DNA of 64,000 nt from Magallana gigas (lineage: Eukaryota): contig NC_088857.1 in the NCBI RefSeq assembly GCF_963853765.1, positions 39,432,001 through 39,496,000 of the forward strand, written 5' to 3'. The position numbers were made by a program, and so were the translations under genes. Shown in pieces: positions 1-14,384 of this stretch (its first letter is position 1; each line of letters opens with the position of its first letter). The notes below the pieces were generated by a model, which had not been told where the DNA came from, ran no database searches, and saw nothing but the letters and a program-made list of their open reading frames with translations.

Positions 1-644
1 GACTGCCTTTTACCCCCACACTCGTGCCAGCATGGTGTCACAAGTTTCCACTTGCTTGGTCCTTTAAATATTAGATGGTATGTTGAAAAACAAAAACAAC
101 CAGTTTGCATGGCGTTTTATAAGATGCAAAAAAGTTATGTTTTTAATAAAAGAATCACAATTTAAGAATGTATATAATAATGCTACCTACAGATCTGTGG
201 CGTTATGTATAAATGCGTGTATTATATCTGTTTATCAACTAAAAAAATCACTGTCCGTTGCTTAAACGTTTGTTCAAACTATTTAAAAATTAGTCATGTA
301 ATCGTGGTTATTCTTTCCGATAGTTGTAAGTAATTTCAACAAGTTCTCTTTTAAGAATGATTTCTGCGTTTTGCTAAAAATGGGACATGTATGCCCGATG
401 AATATACCACCTTTGTCGTCAAGAAGTATCACCCTTAAGGCTTCTTGGAAAAAAAAACATGCACATGTAAAATGCTTGATACTTTACCATGACATCCATA
501 TGGATTATAGCTGAAGTGAGCGGATAAGCAGTCCTCTTCATAGCAAAGTCCAAAAGCTTGTCTGTCCCGAGAATACAACGAAGTAGCTAAAGTAGATGGT
601 AACAAAGTTACAAGCAGACCGGCGAGCAACAGATAAGTAACCAT
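1..644 (-). CDS. Nacrein-like secreted alpha-carbonic anhydrase, first two coding exons (gene continues beyond window start)
   Basis: Exon 644-488 (ATG, GTAAAGT donor, phase 1) and exon 61-<1 (tttaaag acceptor) splice in frame to MVTYLLLAGLLVTLLPSTLA-TSLYSRDRQAFGLCYEEDCLSAHFSYNPYGCHGPSKWKLVTPCWHECGGKRQS. This is a signal peptide followed by the alpha-CA N-terminal pattern FSY..C.GP..W....C..CG..RQS(P), with the extra Cys spacing I recall from molluscan nacrein. The catalytic His residues are outside the window. Confidence 0.85.
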
Positions 645-3600
645 CACGACATAAACCCAACAGCAGTCAGACCAGCACTGAGCTTGTCCGGTTTACACCA
701 TCCCCTTTTCTAACATGCCCCTTACACTTGTCGCATGTTGGATGTAAAACAGGCAGATCACGTACATAAATTGTTCAAGCAAACTGTTTCTGTGGTCAAT
801 CGATGCAGTTATATGTAACATCTAGTATATTTCTTTTCTTCTTCCACATGAGGCGTACAAACGTTTTGGTATATCCGGTGTCGGTTTACGATAAGTCGAT
901 TCCCTTCTTTTGTTTCTTTTTTCCTCTTTTTTTTTCGCTAGTCATTTCATTGAACACGTTTTTCGACATTTTCTGTGTTATGATTTGTCGTCCCTTTAAT
1001 ATAGTTATAACAGATTATCGCTTGTCCATGACTATGTTGTTTCTAATGCTTTATAGTATTTTTTACATCCATGCGTTTGTGTTGACGTTCACAACACATT
1101 TTCTCCTTCTTTTCCTATGAAAATCGATTGGAGCTCATTTAGAAATTGGCAAAGGCTGAAATCTACGAAATCCAGTCCTATAACCAGAATGACCTGTCCG
1201 CATATAAATAAACGTCGTTCTTAAACTTAAGAAAACCCCTTTCATTTGCATTGTTTACTTTAACCAATTATAAAGGGCATTGGCAACTAAGTGCTTCAGA
1301 TATTAAAAAAATACTAATATCGACTCAATATGATAAACATGTTTTCATCGTTCGTTGATGTCTATTCTGTTCTTTTGATTTTTACTTTGTGTGAATTATT
1401 TCTTTATCATTCAAAATACATGCTATCTTATCATCTATTTTATGCATCTAAAATTGACGACTTTATTGCTCGAGCGCTAGCAACTACGTTAGTCCTTTTC
1501 ACTGGAATACGCATGCTCGACTCCATAGTGGGGGATTCTGGGAATACTTTACTACTGTAGATAAACTGTACCATTTGAATTTCGTTTCATCATATTCACA
1601 TGAAGTTTTGTGTTTTATTGTAAAAGTCAAAAAGTAACAATAGCTAAAGGTCTTATACGTTATATTCAATTATAATAGATAGCTTACTTTATCTTAAATT
1701 CCTTCAAGCTCGGAAAACAACTTCGGATATGTTTTCCGAGCTTGCCGAAAAGGCCCGCGAAGATACGATTGCTACAAAACAGTACCAATGGTTCTTGAAA
1801 ATGTTCACCTCGAAATTGAAATTCCAGTGACTACATAATGATTAAGGCAATAAGCTATGCCATTGCCGATGTGACGTCCACTCTAGATTCACAATTCTAA
1901 ATTGAGACCCCACTCCAGCACAATTCCAGTAGGCTACACCACTGTGCCTTCCTATTGTTAATTAATCGATTCAGAAATATAAACCAATGTTTTAGAAATC
2001 TGCTTCTGTGTTTTACGATGGCTACAGCGCTAGCTCACCAATCTTTTTAAAAGATAAGCTTGTTTTTAGGAAAAGACTATTCTTAATTTTGTTCGGGATC
2101 GGCCTGCGGCCCTCTCATTATTTAAGTTGGGAAGCTCGAGATCAATGTACCTTTCAAGAAGTTGCTGGATGCAGAGTAGGTTGAACAAATGATCAGCAAT
2201 TCAGCATGTTTATTTATACTGATTGGCTGCTCTTTCCGTGACAGTGATGATCATGCATTTACGCACTGTTCTCACATTTTACTGATAATTGATTGAACAA
2301 TTTAGGGAAAGATATAAATATATCTAATGCCTGGCCATTTTTTTGATGTCATTGGTCGACTTGCAAGCGAGTTACAGAGATACTTTTTTTTTGTTATGTA
2401 AAGCCTCTCGAGCCTTGATTTTGTTTACGTTGATATTTTATTGGTAATAGATTTATTCTTGTTTTTCTGTTTATAAAGTTTTTTACCAGCATAACGAAAC
2501 GGTGTATCTTGTTTGCCACGAATTTCTTAAATCAAAAATATGAGAAATTTCTTTACATAATTTGTTAACAAAAACTTGTTCTGTTTACTTAACAATAAAA
2601 TGTATGTTTTGTATCTCGCTTAAATTGTAACCTGATTTCTTAATTAATAATTCATTGTGGCTCTTGTTTCGTGATATCAAGTCGACATTTTTTTTATTGT
2701 ATGATTAATTAATTCCTAGCTTTCTGATTGGCTGATATCCAATAATCTAGAAAATAAAGGTTTTAGCTAACAGAGGATCAATAATTGTTTAGTTATGCAT
2801 GTATTTATAACGAAAATAGCAAAGGAAAAATGTACGTGGGGGCTAAATTCTGTTTAACTATTAATGAGATCATCTGAATTACCTTCATTACAAAAAGAAC
2901 CAATAACAAAAAACAAAAGGGTAAAAAAAACATGTTGGACTGCAAATTTGAGACCATTCGTGTAAGAGGGATGACCGGTCAAGGCCATTTCTAGACAATA
3001 TAAATCTCCTTTTGAAGAAGAGCTCTGAAAAAAGATGTATAAAAATCAAATGTCAAAATATGTCGATTTTCTCTTCTCTAAATAAAATAATGTGCTGTAT
3101 ATAAGATTGACATATATTGTTTATCTACATGTAAGTTTCTGGGATCAGCATGTGGATAGTTCACTTTTGTATGATCGTGAAAACAGTTTGGAGACTGATT
3201 CCCTATTTGATATACATGTAGTTAATTTCCATTATTTTCGTCATTTGCAATTATTAATGACATATTTCATCTCCGCAGGGGTGTTTGGTTCAATTTTCAA
3301 CACAGTTAAAACCGTTGTAGTGAGTTTGAGATCATCTGATGGGTACCATGTTAACCACCCGGCCTCCCTATTGTATATACGTAAATGGAAAATGTGGACA
3401 AGACAACCAACTAATGAAATTATGGGTCGATTTTTAAACCCGTTATAGCATTTAAATTCCTTTATTTTCAATACATAGACTAGTGGAAATATGAAGTTTA
3501 TTTGTAGCATTCCGATGAATCCGAGCTGTATATTTCGTGGTTTGCATTCATGTGGTGGCAAGAGCGATAACTTTGAAATATAATTAAGATATAGATACGC

Positions 3601-3931
3601 TCTTATTGTTTACCTTTAGTTACCAAAGTCATTGTTGCTTATAGTAGGAAAAAAGTGTTGAATGCTAACAATGTTTATCAATTTCAGCAGAGAGTTTAAC
3701 AAAAAATACATTTACAAAAAGCTATTGCGAATTATTAAAAAATGCATCGTCAGATTGAATGTTTATTGAACGTAAAATAATACATTTCAAAATAAATATA
3801 ATTTGAAGACTTTAACAAAACATACATATATTTTTAAATAAAAAAATAAATGTGAGCAATAAAAAGTCAGAAATACTGATTGGTACTGGTTAAAAACTTC
3901 CATCACGAAAGCGAAACAGGAAGTGATGTGT

Positions 3932-6282
3932 TTAATTGGCACCATAACGATAGAATCCTTTATATTTAGGGGACACATTGAGTCCCATTTTCCTGGCGAC
4001 ATCTCCATCTTGGTAGGAGGGTGAAGCACCTTGTACTGAGGGATCTAAAAAACAAAATGGCAACTCAATTCTGATCAAACAATATTGTAGATCATGAAAG
4101 AACTGATCATAATTTTGTAAGTAACAGAAATATTTTCTTAGTTCATATTTTCTTTTCAACTTTTGTACACATAAATTTCCATTTTATGATTTAAAATTAA
4201 ATTGATGTTTACATTAAAAAGTAGAATGAGGATTGAAAATTCAAACCATGTAATAGATTTTAAGACAATACTAAGAAAATTTAAAATGAATGTGTCATTA
4301 GTCGATGAACCTAACAGTTCAAAATAAACACAGGTGGTAGCGAAACGTGAATGATTCAATGCCCATGCTCTAGTGCCTTTGCATGTTTTCAAAATTGTAA
4401 AACTATGGTCTGGCTCTTTGGGTATATATGCAACTACATGTGCATCTGTACATAGATGTGAAATTGCTAAAAACCTGTGAAGGTTATCTAAGAAACTTTT
4501 CACTCTAAAATTGAGATATTACGAACAGGCCCTTACACATAGCACTAATTAACAATATACAGGGGCTTGGACGTTTACTTCAGAGAGAGGTAAAGGGTGA
4601 TATGGATTACGGCCCACAATAAATTGGAAAACAAACAAAAATTGTTGGTATTTTTCTCATTTTGTGTGTACTTAATCTTTGATACATGTACCCTACTAGA
4701 ACCCCTTTTACCGAAGGAATAAAAATCACCTTGGAAATATACAATATAAACATTATGATTTATGATGGGGTACAGGAAATTTACCTCACTGTAACCACAC
4801 ATATAATTATGTATAATTAATTGTATATATATAAAAAAAGAGCTACTGACACGTTTTCTGGAATATCATCCTTTTGAGAAAAGGGAGTTCCTATCTTCTG
4901 CGTTGCTACGTGTCTTACAAAATTATTCATGACGTCTTTTTTAACTAGATAAATGATTGAAAAGAATATCTGATCACTATTTTAGATATCATTTTCGTCT
5001 CTGATTCAAGTTAAATATAACTTCAAAAAAAGAAAAATATAACATATTTTTATTAGAATGAAAACATTAATGGGAAAGGTGATAACTATATTCATTATTG
5101 ATTTATTAGATACATGTAATTATGTGCTTCATTAAAATAGCATATTGTTAAAAATTTACTATACTTTGTCTAATGAAAGCAGGTTTAGAAGGTTTGACGT
5201 GTAAGTATATGATATCACATATACGTTGACTAGCGCATGCGTAGACTTACAACTCGGTTCTACACAGGAAGACCCTAACGGTGTAAATGGGTCAAAGTAG
5301 GCGCGGGTAGGAGAAAACATAAGCCGTCTTCCGGGTCCTTCCGGAGAGTACGGGTCTTTTATGAAAAAAAGAAATAATAAAATAGGTAAGAAAACTCAGA
5401 CCAACTCACAATTGACTGACTCGCCGACCTGGGTCGCTTCAGGGGAGACTTTATTTTTGATGTGCGGCATCATCGGGACCTGTGATGTCAACGCCTGGTT
5501 GAAATTTTCGGAATCGTATACACTTATCAGACCTAAAGTACATTTGGCAGTGTTTAAGACAGGCTTACTGTACAACAAATGAGGCAATGTGGATGAAAAA
5601 ATCATTAGATATCACAAGCATATAAGTGAATACAATCATTTACAGCAAATATACAATACTTGAAAAAAAGAAACCGCTTATTTGACCGATAATACATGTT
5701 GATGTACTATGAGAGAAAGAAGTGAGGTGACTAATTTACTCATTAGATAATTCAAAATGCAAATGACTTTCAGAACTTCGCTCTATACTTACCATCAACG
5801 TAAACCACCCTACTTCCCCCGTGACCTAGCACTTCCTTAATATGTCTCCAACTTCCGCCGATTCTTCCCTGTCTTTGCCTTTAGAAATAAAACGTCATTA
5901 TAGGTATTATAGGTTCGTCATTGTAATTAAAAGGCAATCCTAAACATTTACGTAATTATATATACTTTAAAAGAATTTGCCTTTTAAGAGCAACCATCAG
6001 GGGGAAATTTGTGTTTATATTTACAGGGGCGGTATTTCGTATACCTTGGGTTTCCGGGGTTTGGGTATCTGTAGGCAATTTTAGAAGTCAGGTTGTTGAA
6101 GGCTTTCTTGAACTGTATATCATGTTCTTTTTGTTCACTCTAGAATATGAAAAAAGAACAAATACACTACATGCTGTTATTCTCAATTATGTCCAATACA
6201 TAAATAAGAATTTTCCACTTACTCGAGTAAACCACAGTTTTTTATTCCCTTCAAACTGTGGACGAGATGCATACCAATGCAT

Positions 6283-6315
<33 letters not shown>

Positions 6316-8377
6316 TGAAGGATAATTGTGTTTGCCAGGGGGGGTCCGAGGCATATTTTCGCGATAATTTTACTATGTAAATTTAATAAATTTTTATTTT
6401 CCAGGGGGGGTCGGGACCCCCCCGACCCCCCCCCCCCCCCCCCCCTCTAGATCCGCGCATGCCAATGCATTTTTCTTATGACAATGCGTGACGTTATAGT
6501 TACTCAACGTCATAGAACACTTGACAAGTAAATACATCTATGACGTCAGCATCGCCATGTATCTACGTCACAAAACATAATCAAATCATGCTAGAACTGT
6601 GTCACAGGAAACTACCCATACATGTAAATGGAAATGTAATTTTGAAAATGCAAGAAAAGCATGATTTTACTAGTATTTTTGCTTGACTTCTGGCAATGTA
6701 AGGTATAATTACTGGTATATTTATTATTTTTTAACATTTACGGGAATGAAATGAAATGTCATTTCATGTAATCAAATAAAGTACACATGTACTTTTCATT
6801 TTCTGATTTTCTGACTCTGCTGTGACACTACTACTATTATTCGGATTTATTCGTGAAATATGTCAAGGTTGAGTTGCGTAGGTGTTAACAGATAATCGTC
6901 TTATCAATTACACAGTGTAGAACTGTCGAGAAACGTCAGATTTTTGGGTGTGTTCTTTTTTTTTACTATTAGAAATTCCTTATATTGAATATTCAATATG
7001 GTCACATTTGTATATCTACAAGGTCAGTAATTGGAATAGCTCGAACAAAAAAGTGTCCTGTATAAAAAAAAAAGAAAGAAGATACGTATAGCAATGACTT
7101 AATTAACTTTAAGGGGGAAGTAATGACGTACATGTATTATTAAAAGGGACTCGGATGTCCCCGATGATCCGTATCAGACTTACTTGTTTCAGGTTGTGCC
7201 AGTTGTTGTCTGACATAGTTACTGGGACGCCATTCCTGGAGACTTTCATCCAATCATTCATGTGGCCATATGTCGTTCTGAAAATGCATATGATGGGTTT
7301 GGATGAAATATGATGAAAATTGATTATTTCATTTCTGATTAAAAAAATGAAATTCAACAATTTCAAAATTCAACAGATTTTAAAGCGCGCTCTCTGAAAG
7401 AAAAAGAAAAACCACTCCAAGAGAACGAGATTTCTTCAAACAGTTTGAAAAATTTGAAATATGAATATTTCACAGCTCTTGTTTGATTATTTAAAACCTA
7501 AAAAAAATAATAAACACCAACATTTTCTTTTTTTTTTTTAAATGTCAAAAAATAATCTGTCGATCCAATACAACTGTGACGTTTATTTATAAATATACAT
7601 TAATTTTAATAAACTTTTTTAAATTTATTAAATTCCACCCGGTCGCCCAATATAACGAACAAATTTATGTACTTTGTGAGCATGCATTCTCTTTATAGAA
7701 TGATATCAAATTATTTCATTGAACTTTGTCACCCTTCTCTAGCCGAAGAGAACTCTTGATAACAATAAAGATATTTAACCTACAAGTGTTATTATAGTTG
7801 ATTTAATATCGATGTAATAAAATCAATCAACTCTAAATCCACCTGTAGGATCTAACTACCTGTGTGTATAATTTGGCAGCTATTAAAGCGGGTCTAGACT
7901 ACAGGATAGATTATCAGCAGGTAAAAAAAAATCGTCTGGAAAAACACTAAATCAAGTAGCCCCATATTTTGTTAGTTTTACCTTGATTTTTTTTAATTCA
8001 CTTTTACTTGATTACTTGTACACACTTCATCGCTACTGATTTCGTTCTGCCCTTAATAGTTCGGCGAGTCTTTTATTCGCCATTAATTGAATTTAAAGTC
8101 ACAAACCTAAAAGAACGTTATGTTGAATATCCATTTGACCGTTGTGAAGGGGAATTGTGCGAAAATGCAAAACACATACAACGGGCATGCATAGAATGAG
8201 GGGAATATTCTCAATGCTATAGTTTCCAAAAATCTTTGGTCTAAATAATGCTCGTGAAAGAAAATATTAAATCAGTAACTCAATATATCTAACTGTAAAA
8301 TCTCAGTCTGCGAGATCTAATCAAATATTTTACGCGATCTCAGCAATTGACCAACGTTCAACACAATCAGAGCAAGT

Positions 8378-8417
<40 letters not shown>

Positions 8418-8641
8418 TACAAAGCCATTGGTGTACTTTGCCTCGACATGCGTTAATTCAAAGAAGTGAAAGCGAGAAAAAAGTAAATACTGTAGAAATT
8501 ACGTCACCTTTCTCTACGCAACCCGGGTGGGTCAAAATCACTCCACAGATACGCGGGGGTAAAGTTCTGGGCGGAGTTTGGCCTGACCGGTGGGACAACG
8601 TTGGGGGTGGGCTCGCAGTACGAGGGCTGGTCGGCGTACAT
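3932..8641 (-). CDS. Uncharacterised Pro/Ser/Arg-rich protein, about 176 aa, 5-exon model (may extend 5')
   Basis: Phase-compatible GT-AG exons 8641-8508, 7277-7184, 5494-5410, 5355-5251 and 4044-3932 (531 nt) give MYADQPSYCEPTPNVVPPVRPNSAQNFTPAYLWSDFDPPGLRRERTTYGHMNDWMKVSRNGVPVTMSDNNWHNLKQALTSQVPMMPHIKNKVSPEATQVGESVNYPYSPEGPGRRLMFSPTRAYFDPFTPLGSSCVEPSYPSVQGASPSYQDGDVARKMGLNVSPKYKGFYRYGAN*. The exons are GC-richer than their flanks. Further exon-like segments lie upstream at 10007-9963 and about 11479-11435. I recognise no domain. Confidence 0.6.
6280..6461. mobile_element. Non-autonomous DNA element (MITE) with poly-G/C tracts, copy 1
   Basis: Terminal inverted repeats CATGCGCGGATC...GATCCGCGCATG; flanking direct repeat CCAATG (6274-6279 and 6462-6467); near-identical inverted copy at 45368-45542. 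Confidence 0.85.
8381..8414. repeat. (AT)n microsatellite
   Basis: Perfect dinucleotide run. Confidence 0.95.
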
Positions 8642-10717
8642 GGTTAAGACTCTGTCTCGTGCGATTTCCGAACCGGCCTGAGGTGCTAAGTCTCCGGAAA
8701 ATAAGACCTGATCGTGTTTTCAACCCAAACGAAACACACACCGCACAGGGCAGGTTAATCGTTGCAAAGGGGATAATCCCACAGTATCCTTTTAAAAATG
8801 TCTTTTGTTGATATAAACCTGTATCCCGTCTATTGCATTTCAACACCGGTATTATACATAAATATTTAAAACTAAGTAAACTTGTTTTTTAATTTGACAT
8901 GGGTTACGTCTGTGGGGAAATACCCCTTACAATGGCCCCTTTGGATTAAAACCCTTCTATAATACGTTTTGTGTGTGTGCTTAACAACTGCTTTAGAACG
9001 GGTATATAGAGCGGTAATGTGTATTGCAAACGAATCAATAAAGGCAATGAATAATACACTGGCTTGATAGCACTCTCTGGATGCATAAAGTCAAACTTCT
9101 GTTCCGTGATATTTTTTGTACATTTTTTCACGGGAAAAATGCCTTCAGTCGTTTTGAAATATTAAATACAGATGATCGATATAAGCTAACGCATCTGTAA
9201 AAACAATGTCGGAAATCAATAAGTTTATGGCAGTTTTTAATACTAGGTTTTTCAATTTGATTATGGTACATTCTTGCGCACCTTAGCATAACTTTTAAAT
9301 AATGACGCTGATTTGATATATGGTCGGAAATATTCATGATAAATCCAATAGAAAAGGTTGACTTTTTCTTCAAAATAATACATTAACATTGTAGGCAAAA
9401 AGAATTTGTAGGATGACACTGATGGTCCAAACAATTTTTAATTTAAACATATTTTGACTTTTAAAGGAAAATTCAATACATTGCGAAGCAAATATTGAAT
9501 TCCTTGTGCTTAAAAAGTAATCTAGAAAACGAAAAAGCAAACGAAATACGTTGAATGATTTTAGAATTGAGCAAAGTTATACATGAGAGCTAATGAGTTC
9601 AAGATTGTGATGAACTTCGAAAGTAAACTGCCACACAAAAGGTGAGGAAAGTGATCAACTACTTGAAGAAGAAAAGTGCTTGTATATATAATGAGGTTAA
9701 CGACAATACATACTCATAGCACCCAACACTGAAATGGATATTAGCGCATATTGAAACACACATATTTAAAAATTTTGAACTTTGATTCTGAATTCTAATT
9801 TTTTAGATTTATCAAAACAAAATTTAAAAAACATCATCATATTATTTGTTGTTTTTGGCAATTAGTTTTACACAGTTAACAAGATTAGGACAGCCGCGCT
9901 TAGTCAATAAAAAATCGCGCAAACACTATTTTCTTTTAATTAAAGCCAAGTAAAGTACTCACTTGTGTCGACTTAATGGTCTGTATCTTTTCAGAATCGT
10001 TTCGCTGCTAAAATCAACGTTAGGTTGAGGTGCGACAGCCATGCTTATTTCTCGGACTGCTACAATCCCGATAAATATCTATCTTATGTCACACTTTCAT
10101 TAATATGAATCGATACCCGAACAACTACCTTCCTTAATAGGCTTAAATGGATATAAAACCATTAAACTTATCTTAATATTTTACAATGCGGGGCGGCAGT
10201 CCTTCGCTCCAATGAGCTTTCATCAACGGGTGTACTTAATGTAATATTATGAGTTCTCCGCCCCGCCCTCTCGGGGTGCCAGGGCAAGGATACATTTGTC
10301 AACCAAATCAGCGGCTGTCTACTCATCATCGGAACCATTGTCTGTGTCTGGAGTACATATAAAACCTATTGTTCCCGCCATGAATGTAATCAACTCAGCT
10401 ATTATGCATATTATCCCCAAGAGTTCTCCAAAAGACAATGCCGCTTCTCCCATGTAAGAGCGGAGCTTCTGGCGACGGGATATTTAAACACGTTGCATCG
10501 AACCGAACTGTATCATTCATATGTAACTCGATATATAATTATATGTATTGAGTGTCAAAGTCTGTCATTAATTATATAACTCCAATTCATATGTCGATTG
10601 CTATAGTGAAAGTTCGTTTAAAATATAATTAATATTAAGGTTCTATTTTTTCATTGATAAAAAATATTGATAAGCAAATATCTAGATAGAACAGATTTAG
10701 AATTGAAATATTTGGTT

Positions 10718-10719
<2 letters not shown>

Positions 10720-10766
<47 letters not shown>
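10720..10766. repeat. (CT)n microsatellite
   Basis: Perfect dinucleotide run. Confidence 0.95.
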
Positions 10767-10769
<3 letters not shown>

Positions 10770-13700
10770 ATAGGACATGTTTACTGGAAAGTTTAAGTAA
10801 TTGACGTATATTATACCCCACGCCTACTTTGTAAACAAAGTAATTACTATCTAATGATACATAGTAAAAACCCTTCACCATTGCAGACGTATTTCCGCGC
10901 TGTGACATCAATGATAACATGTACAATGTATATTGTTTATGGCCGCCCTAGTTTTATAATGTTTATCTAACCATTGTCAGAGTCAAGTTTGTATTGATGA
11001 TAAACGTCGGATAGTTCTTGAATTATTTATATTTTTATGATAAAACTATAGTCCTGTATAAACAAGCATATTACTTGACAAAAATTATTTCTCTTATCAT
11101 AGTTCGAGATCCCTTAGATGAAAAACTACTGTTGGTCAATGTTGTTAATAAAAAAGTTTTAAAAGTACAATCATAGACAATTGTATTGTTGACCATTTGA
11201 TAAGAGGTCTTGGTTAGAATTGGCCACTTTTTGCGTGCAGAGATTGTTATTTCCAGGTGAGGAATTAAGGTTAACTACCCTACACATGCATTAATCAGAA
11301 AATATGAAGAGTTCAACAATCGATTATTGTTTTCCATTCGCAATAACCTTGTCCACTTTGTACATGTACACAAAAAAACACATGCAAACTTTACCCTTAG
11401 CATCATAGATTTACAAATAGAATAAGATTCTTACCTCGAGGGCTCCATGGCACTTGAACAGTCAGTGTATCTTTGACGACTGGATCAAATAGGGTTAATA
11501 ACATGTATTTACTTGATAGAGTTGTAAAGATTAAGACCAATCGTTTCGATTTTGGATATTCAAACTTTAATGCAGATTAACAAACAAAGTCATATCAAAT
11601 GAACTGACCATTGAAAATAACACAGATCTTAAAAGCAAGGGTAAACACATGGACAATGTAGATATTACAAAGTTGGATAGAGTTACATATATGTTGCATA
11701 AAATTACAAGCAACTTCTTCAAATATTGCGCAAGGTCTTTAAAGGTGGATTGATTAGCAAGTCGATCGTTGGAAGATAGTATTACTATATTGGGGAGGCG
11801 GCCATTCGGAGAATACATACTTTGTTTATGCCCTCCGATATAATTATTTATTGTTCTAGGTGAAAAAATATTCATTCCGACAGTTACATGTACGACGTGA
11901 AAAATTGCGATAAAAATTAAACATGAATACTGTTAAGCTTCTTTAGTGGTGAGGCATGCTTTATTAATGCTAGTTTTCAATAGTCGTTAGATATATAATA
12001 TTTATATAATCACAATCAAAGTAGAATAAAATCTAAAGCTGATAATGAAAATTTTAATAAGAACAAAACCTATAAGAACATAGATAATAAGGTTTATACT
12101 TGGCTTTATATATATATTTTTAAATCATTAAAAACATTACCTTTGACATATGTCAACAATGATCAGTAATTATGAACAACAAATCTTTTATTGTTATACA
12201 TATCGTTGAAAAAGAACGAGAAAGGGAGATATTAGCATGATTAAGCACATGTTTATTAATACATGTAACTTATTTTACCAGGACACAATATACCTTGCAC
12301 ATACATACACTGTATCAACTTATCAAGTGACAAGGAATTATTAAGAATTATTCAATCAATTGACATGTAAACACTTTATATTATCAAATCAGATTAATTT
12401 TACAGAATCGATCTTCATATCACAAAAAGTAAACATACATTTTACTACAGATTGTATTATATCATTTTGCAGGACAAACTATATTGAAAATTTTAAAAAA
12501 ACTAAACAACATGAAAAACAAAATAAAAAAGCGTTCTAGCATTCTATCAATGGCAATAATATAAAATTATAATTAATGAAAAACCAAAAAACAAAACAAA
12601 TATCCATATCAAATGATTATTTAGACCTAATTTAACATACATGTAACATAAATAATAGATATATACGACTTGAATACTACATACACATTTACGTATACAA
12701 CCCTGTCAACGTGTATTTAATTTAAATGTTGTTTTTTTTTGGTATCATTATTTCTCTCGTTTTTTTTATTTCATTTTTGTTAATACCTTTGCGTTTATCG
12801 TTGGGTTGAGTGTTTGTAAAATTCATTTGGTGTTCGGTTTTTATTCTTCCTTTGTTTTTAAGCATGTTTTTTTTTTCATGTTTTTTGTTTGTTTGTTTGT
12901 TTTATTATGTTTGAATGTTTCTTTGGGCATTGGGGAAGTGTGTTTAACCCTATCTACAATCCTTTCGAGAAATTTGATAAATATCTCATGTCTCTCGTTG
13001 TCTTGAATATAAACATCGTTACAGATATTAATATTATTAAACCGATATAAATGTGCAGTGCATGCTTATAATAAAATAGCAAAGTTAAATGACTGTTACA
13101 CAGATGTAACATTACACTTTGGTTTCGTTTCTAAATCTAGAGATTATGTCATTGCATAGATTTTCATAAAGTTACGTATTTTTCCTTGAAATCTTCTTCT
13201 TTTCCTTTCATTTATCTTTCTGACGACTCAGTCATTTATTTCACAAAACTCTTATGTTCCTAACGTATTAAATAGTAAAGAACTAAAACTATCTTGACTT
13301 GATTGGTTATTGTAAAAATTATTAAAAGTGATATAAAAAAGTGCCAATACATGTACGTGGTAAATAATACAAAACACCCTTTGTACATCATCCTCCTCTT
13401 GACAAGGCCTGATCTTTCTTTTGATTCACCTGAGAATATATACACATACAATTTGAATTTTAAAAAAAACTCTAATGAAGTTTAAAAAAAACCATAGAGA
13501 AAAAAGTAAGCGTCAAGCATCATGTGACGAACGAATTTATGACTTGAGGCAGAATGATATATAAAAAACCCAAATATACAAGTGCGTGTAAATGTCCATG
13601 TAAGCATTATCATATATACCTATTTTTAATATCTATTTTTAATCAGAGAAATGACTTTATATGTAAGGCGCACGTGTAGAGAATATATCGACTTTCAAAA

Positions 13701-14384
13701 AAAATAATGAAATACAAAAAATGAAACTCTATTTAGTGTTACATAAGGTGACAGAACACGCAATAAACTTTGACGTTTTTCTTCTATGTATGATTTTGTA
13801 TGTAAAGTTGTACCGTATTTAACCAAGTACACAAAAAAGATACTGATTATTTAAATGTGTTTTTTTTTTCAATTTTATGTACAACCTACCTACTGAATAT
13901 CTACGTTTAGATCACCAGTGAAGCCCTTATCGGTATTTGCACGAACGCACATTTATACAATAAGAAAACAATTACCTTGCATGGAATTCATTTTTAATCT
14001 TTAGTTTCGTTTTGTTCATTTTCAATGGCGATCCCTTTTTCTGAAGTTTGTGTAGCTTCTGAAAAAAAATAGAAGCCAAGACATAAATACATATGTAATT
14101 TATTTCCGTATACGATGACAGAGGTAGACATTTTTAAGCATTTATTGTTTATCAACTTATCAATTATTATCTAGAATACATGTGAAATACATTAATTCAT
14201 CGCACATTTTGGATTATACCTTTTTTAATACAAGCAAAAATAACTATTTTCAACAGTAATCGCACGTATCAGATCTACACATGAAGAACAGTGGGTAAAT
14301 AACTGTAATTTGAAACAGTATTTATAAAAATTATTATTAGTACTTGAGATTAAACATAGAACGTTCTAAATTTGATTAGATGAA

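Noticed and set aside
1690-2700. Short hairpin AAGCTCGGAAAACA...TGTTTTCCGAGCTT and neighbouring repeat-like sequence
   Set aside because: Probably a decayed non-autonomous element, but I could not define termini or a TSD.
5233-5345. GCGCATGCG plus two CTTCCGG motifs as a bidirectional housekeeping promoter
   Set aside because: 5355-5251 is better explained as an in-frame, phase-compatible coding exon of the minus-strand gene with a strong GTAAGT donor.
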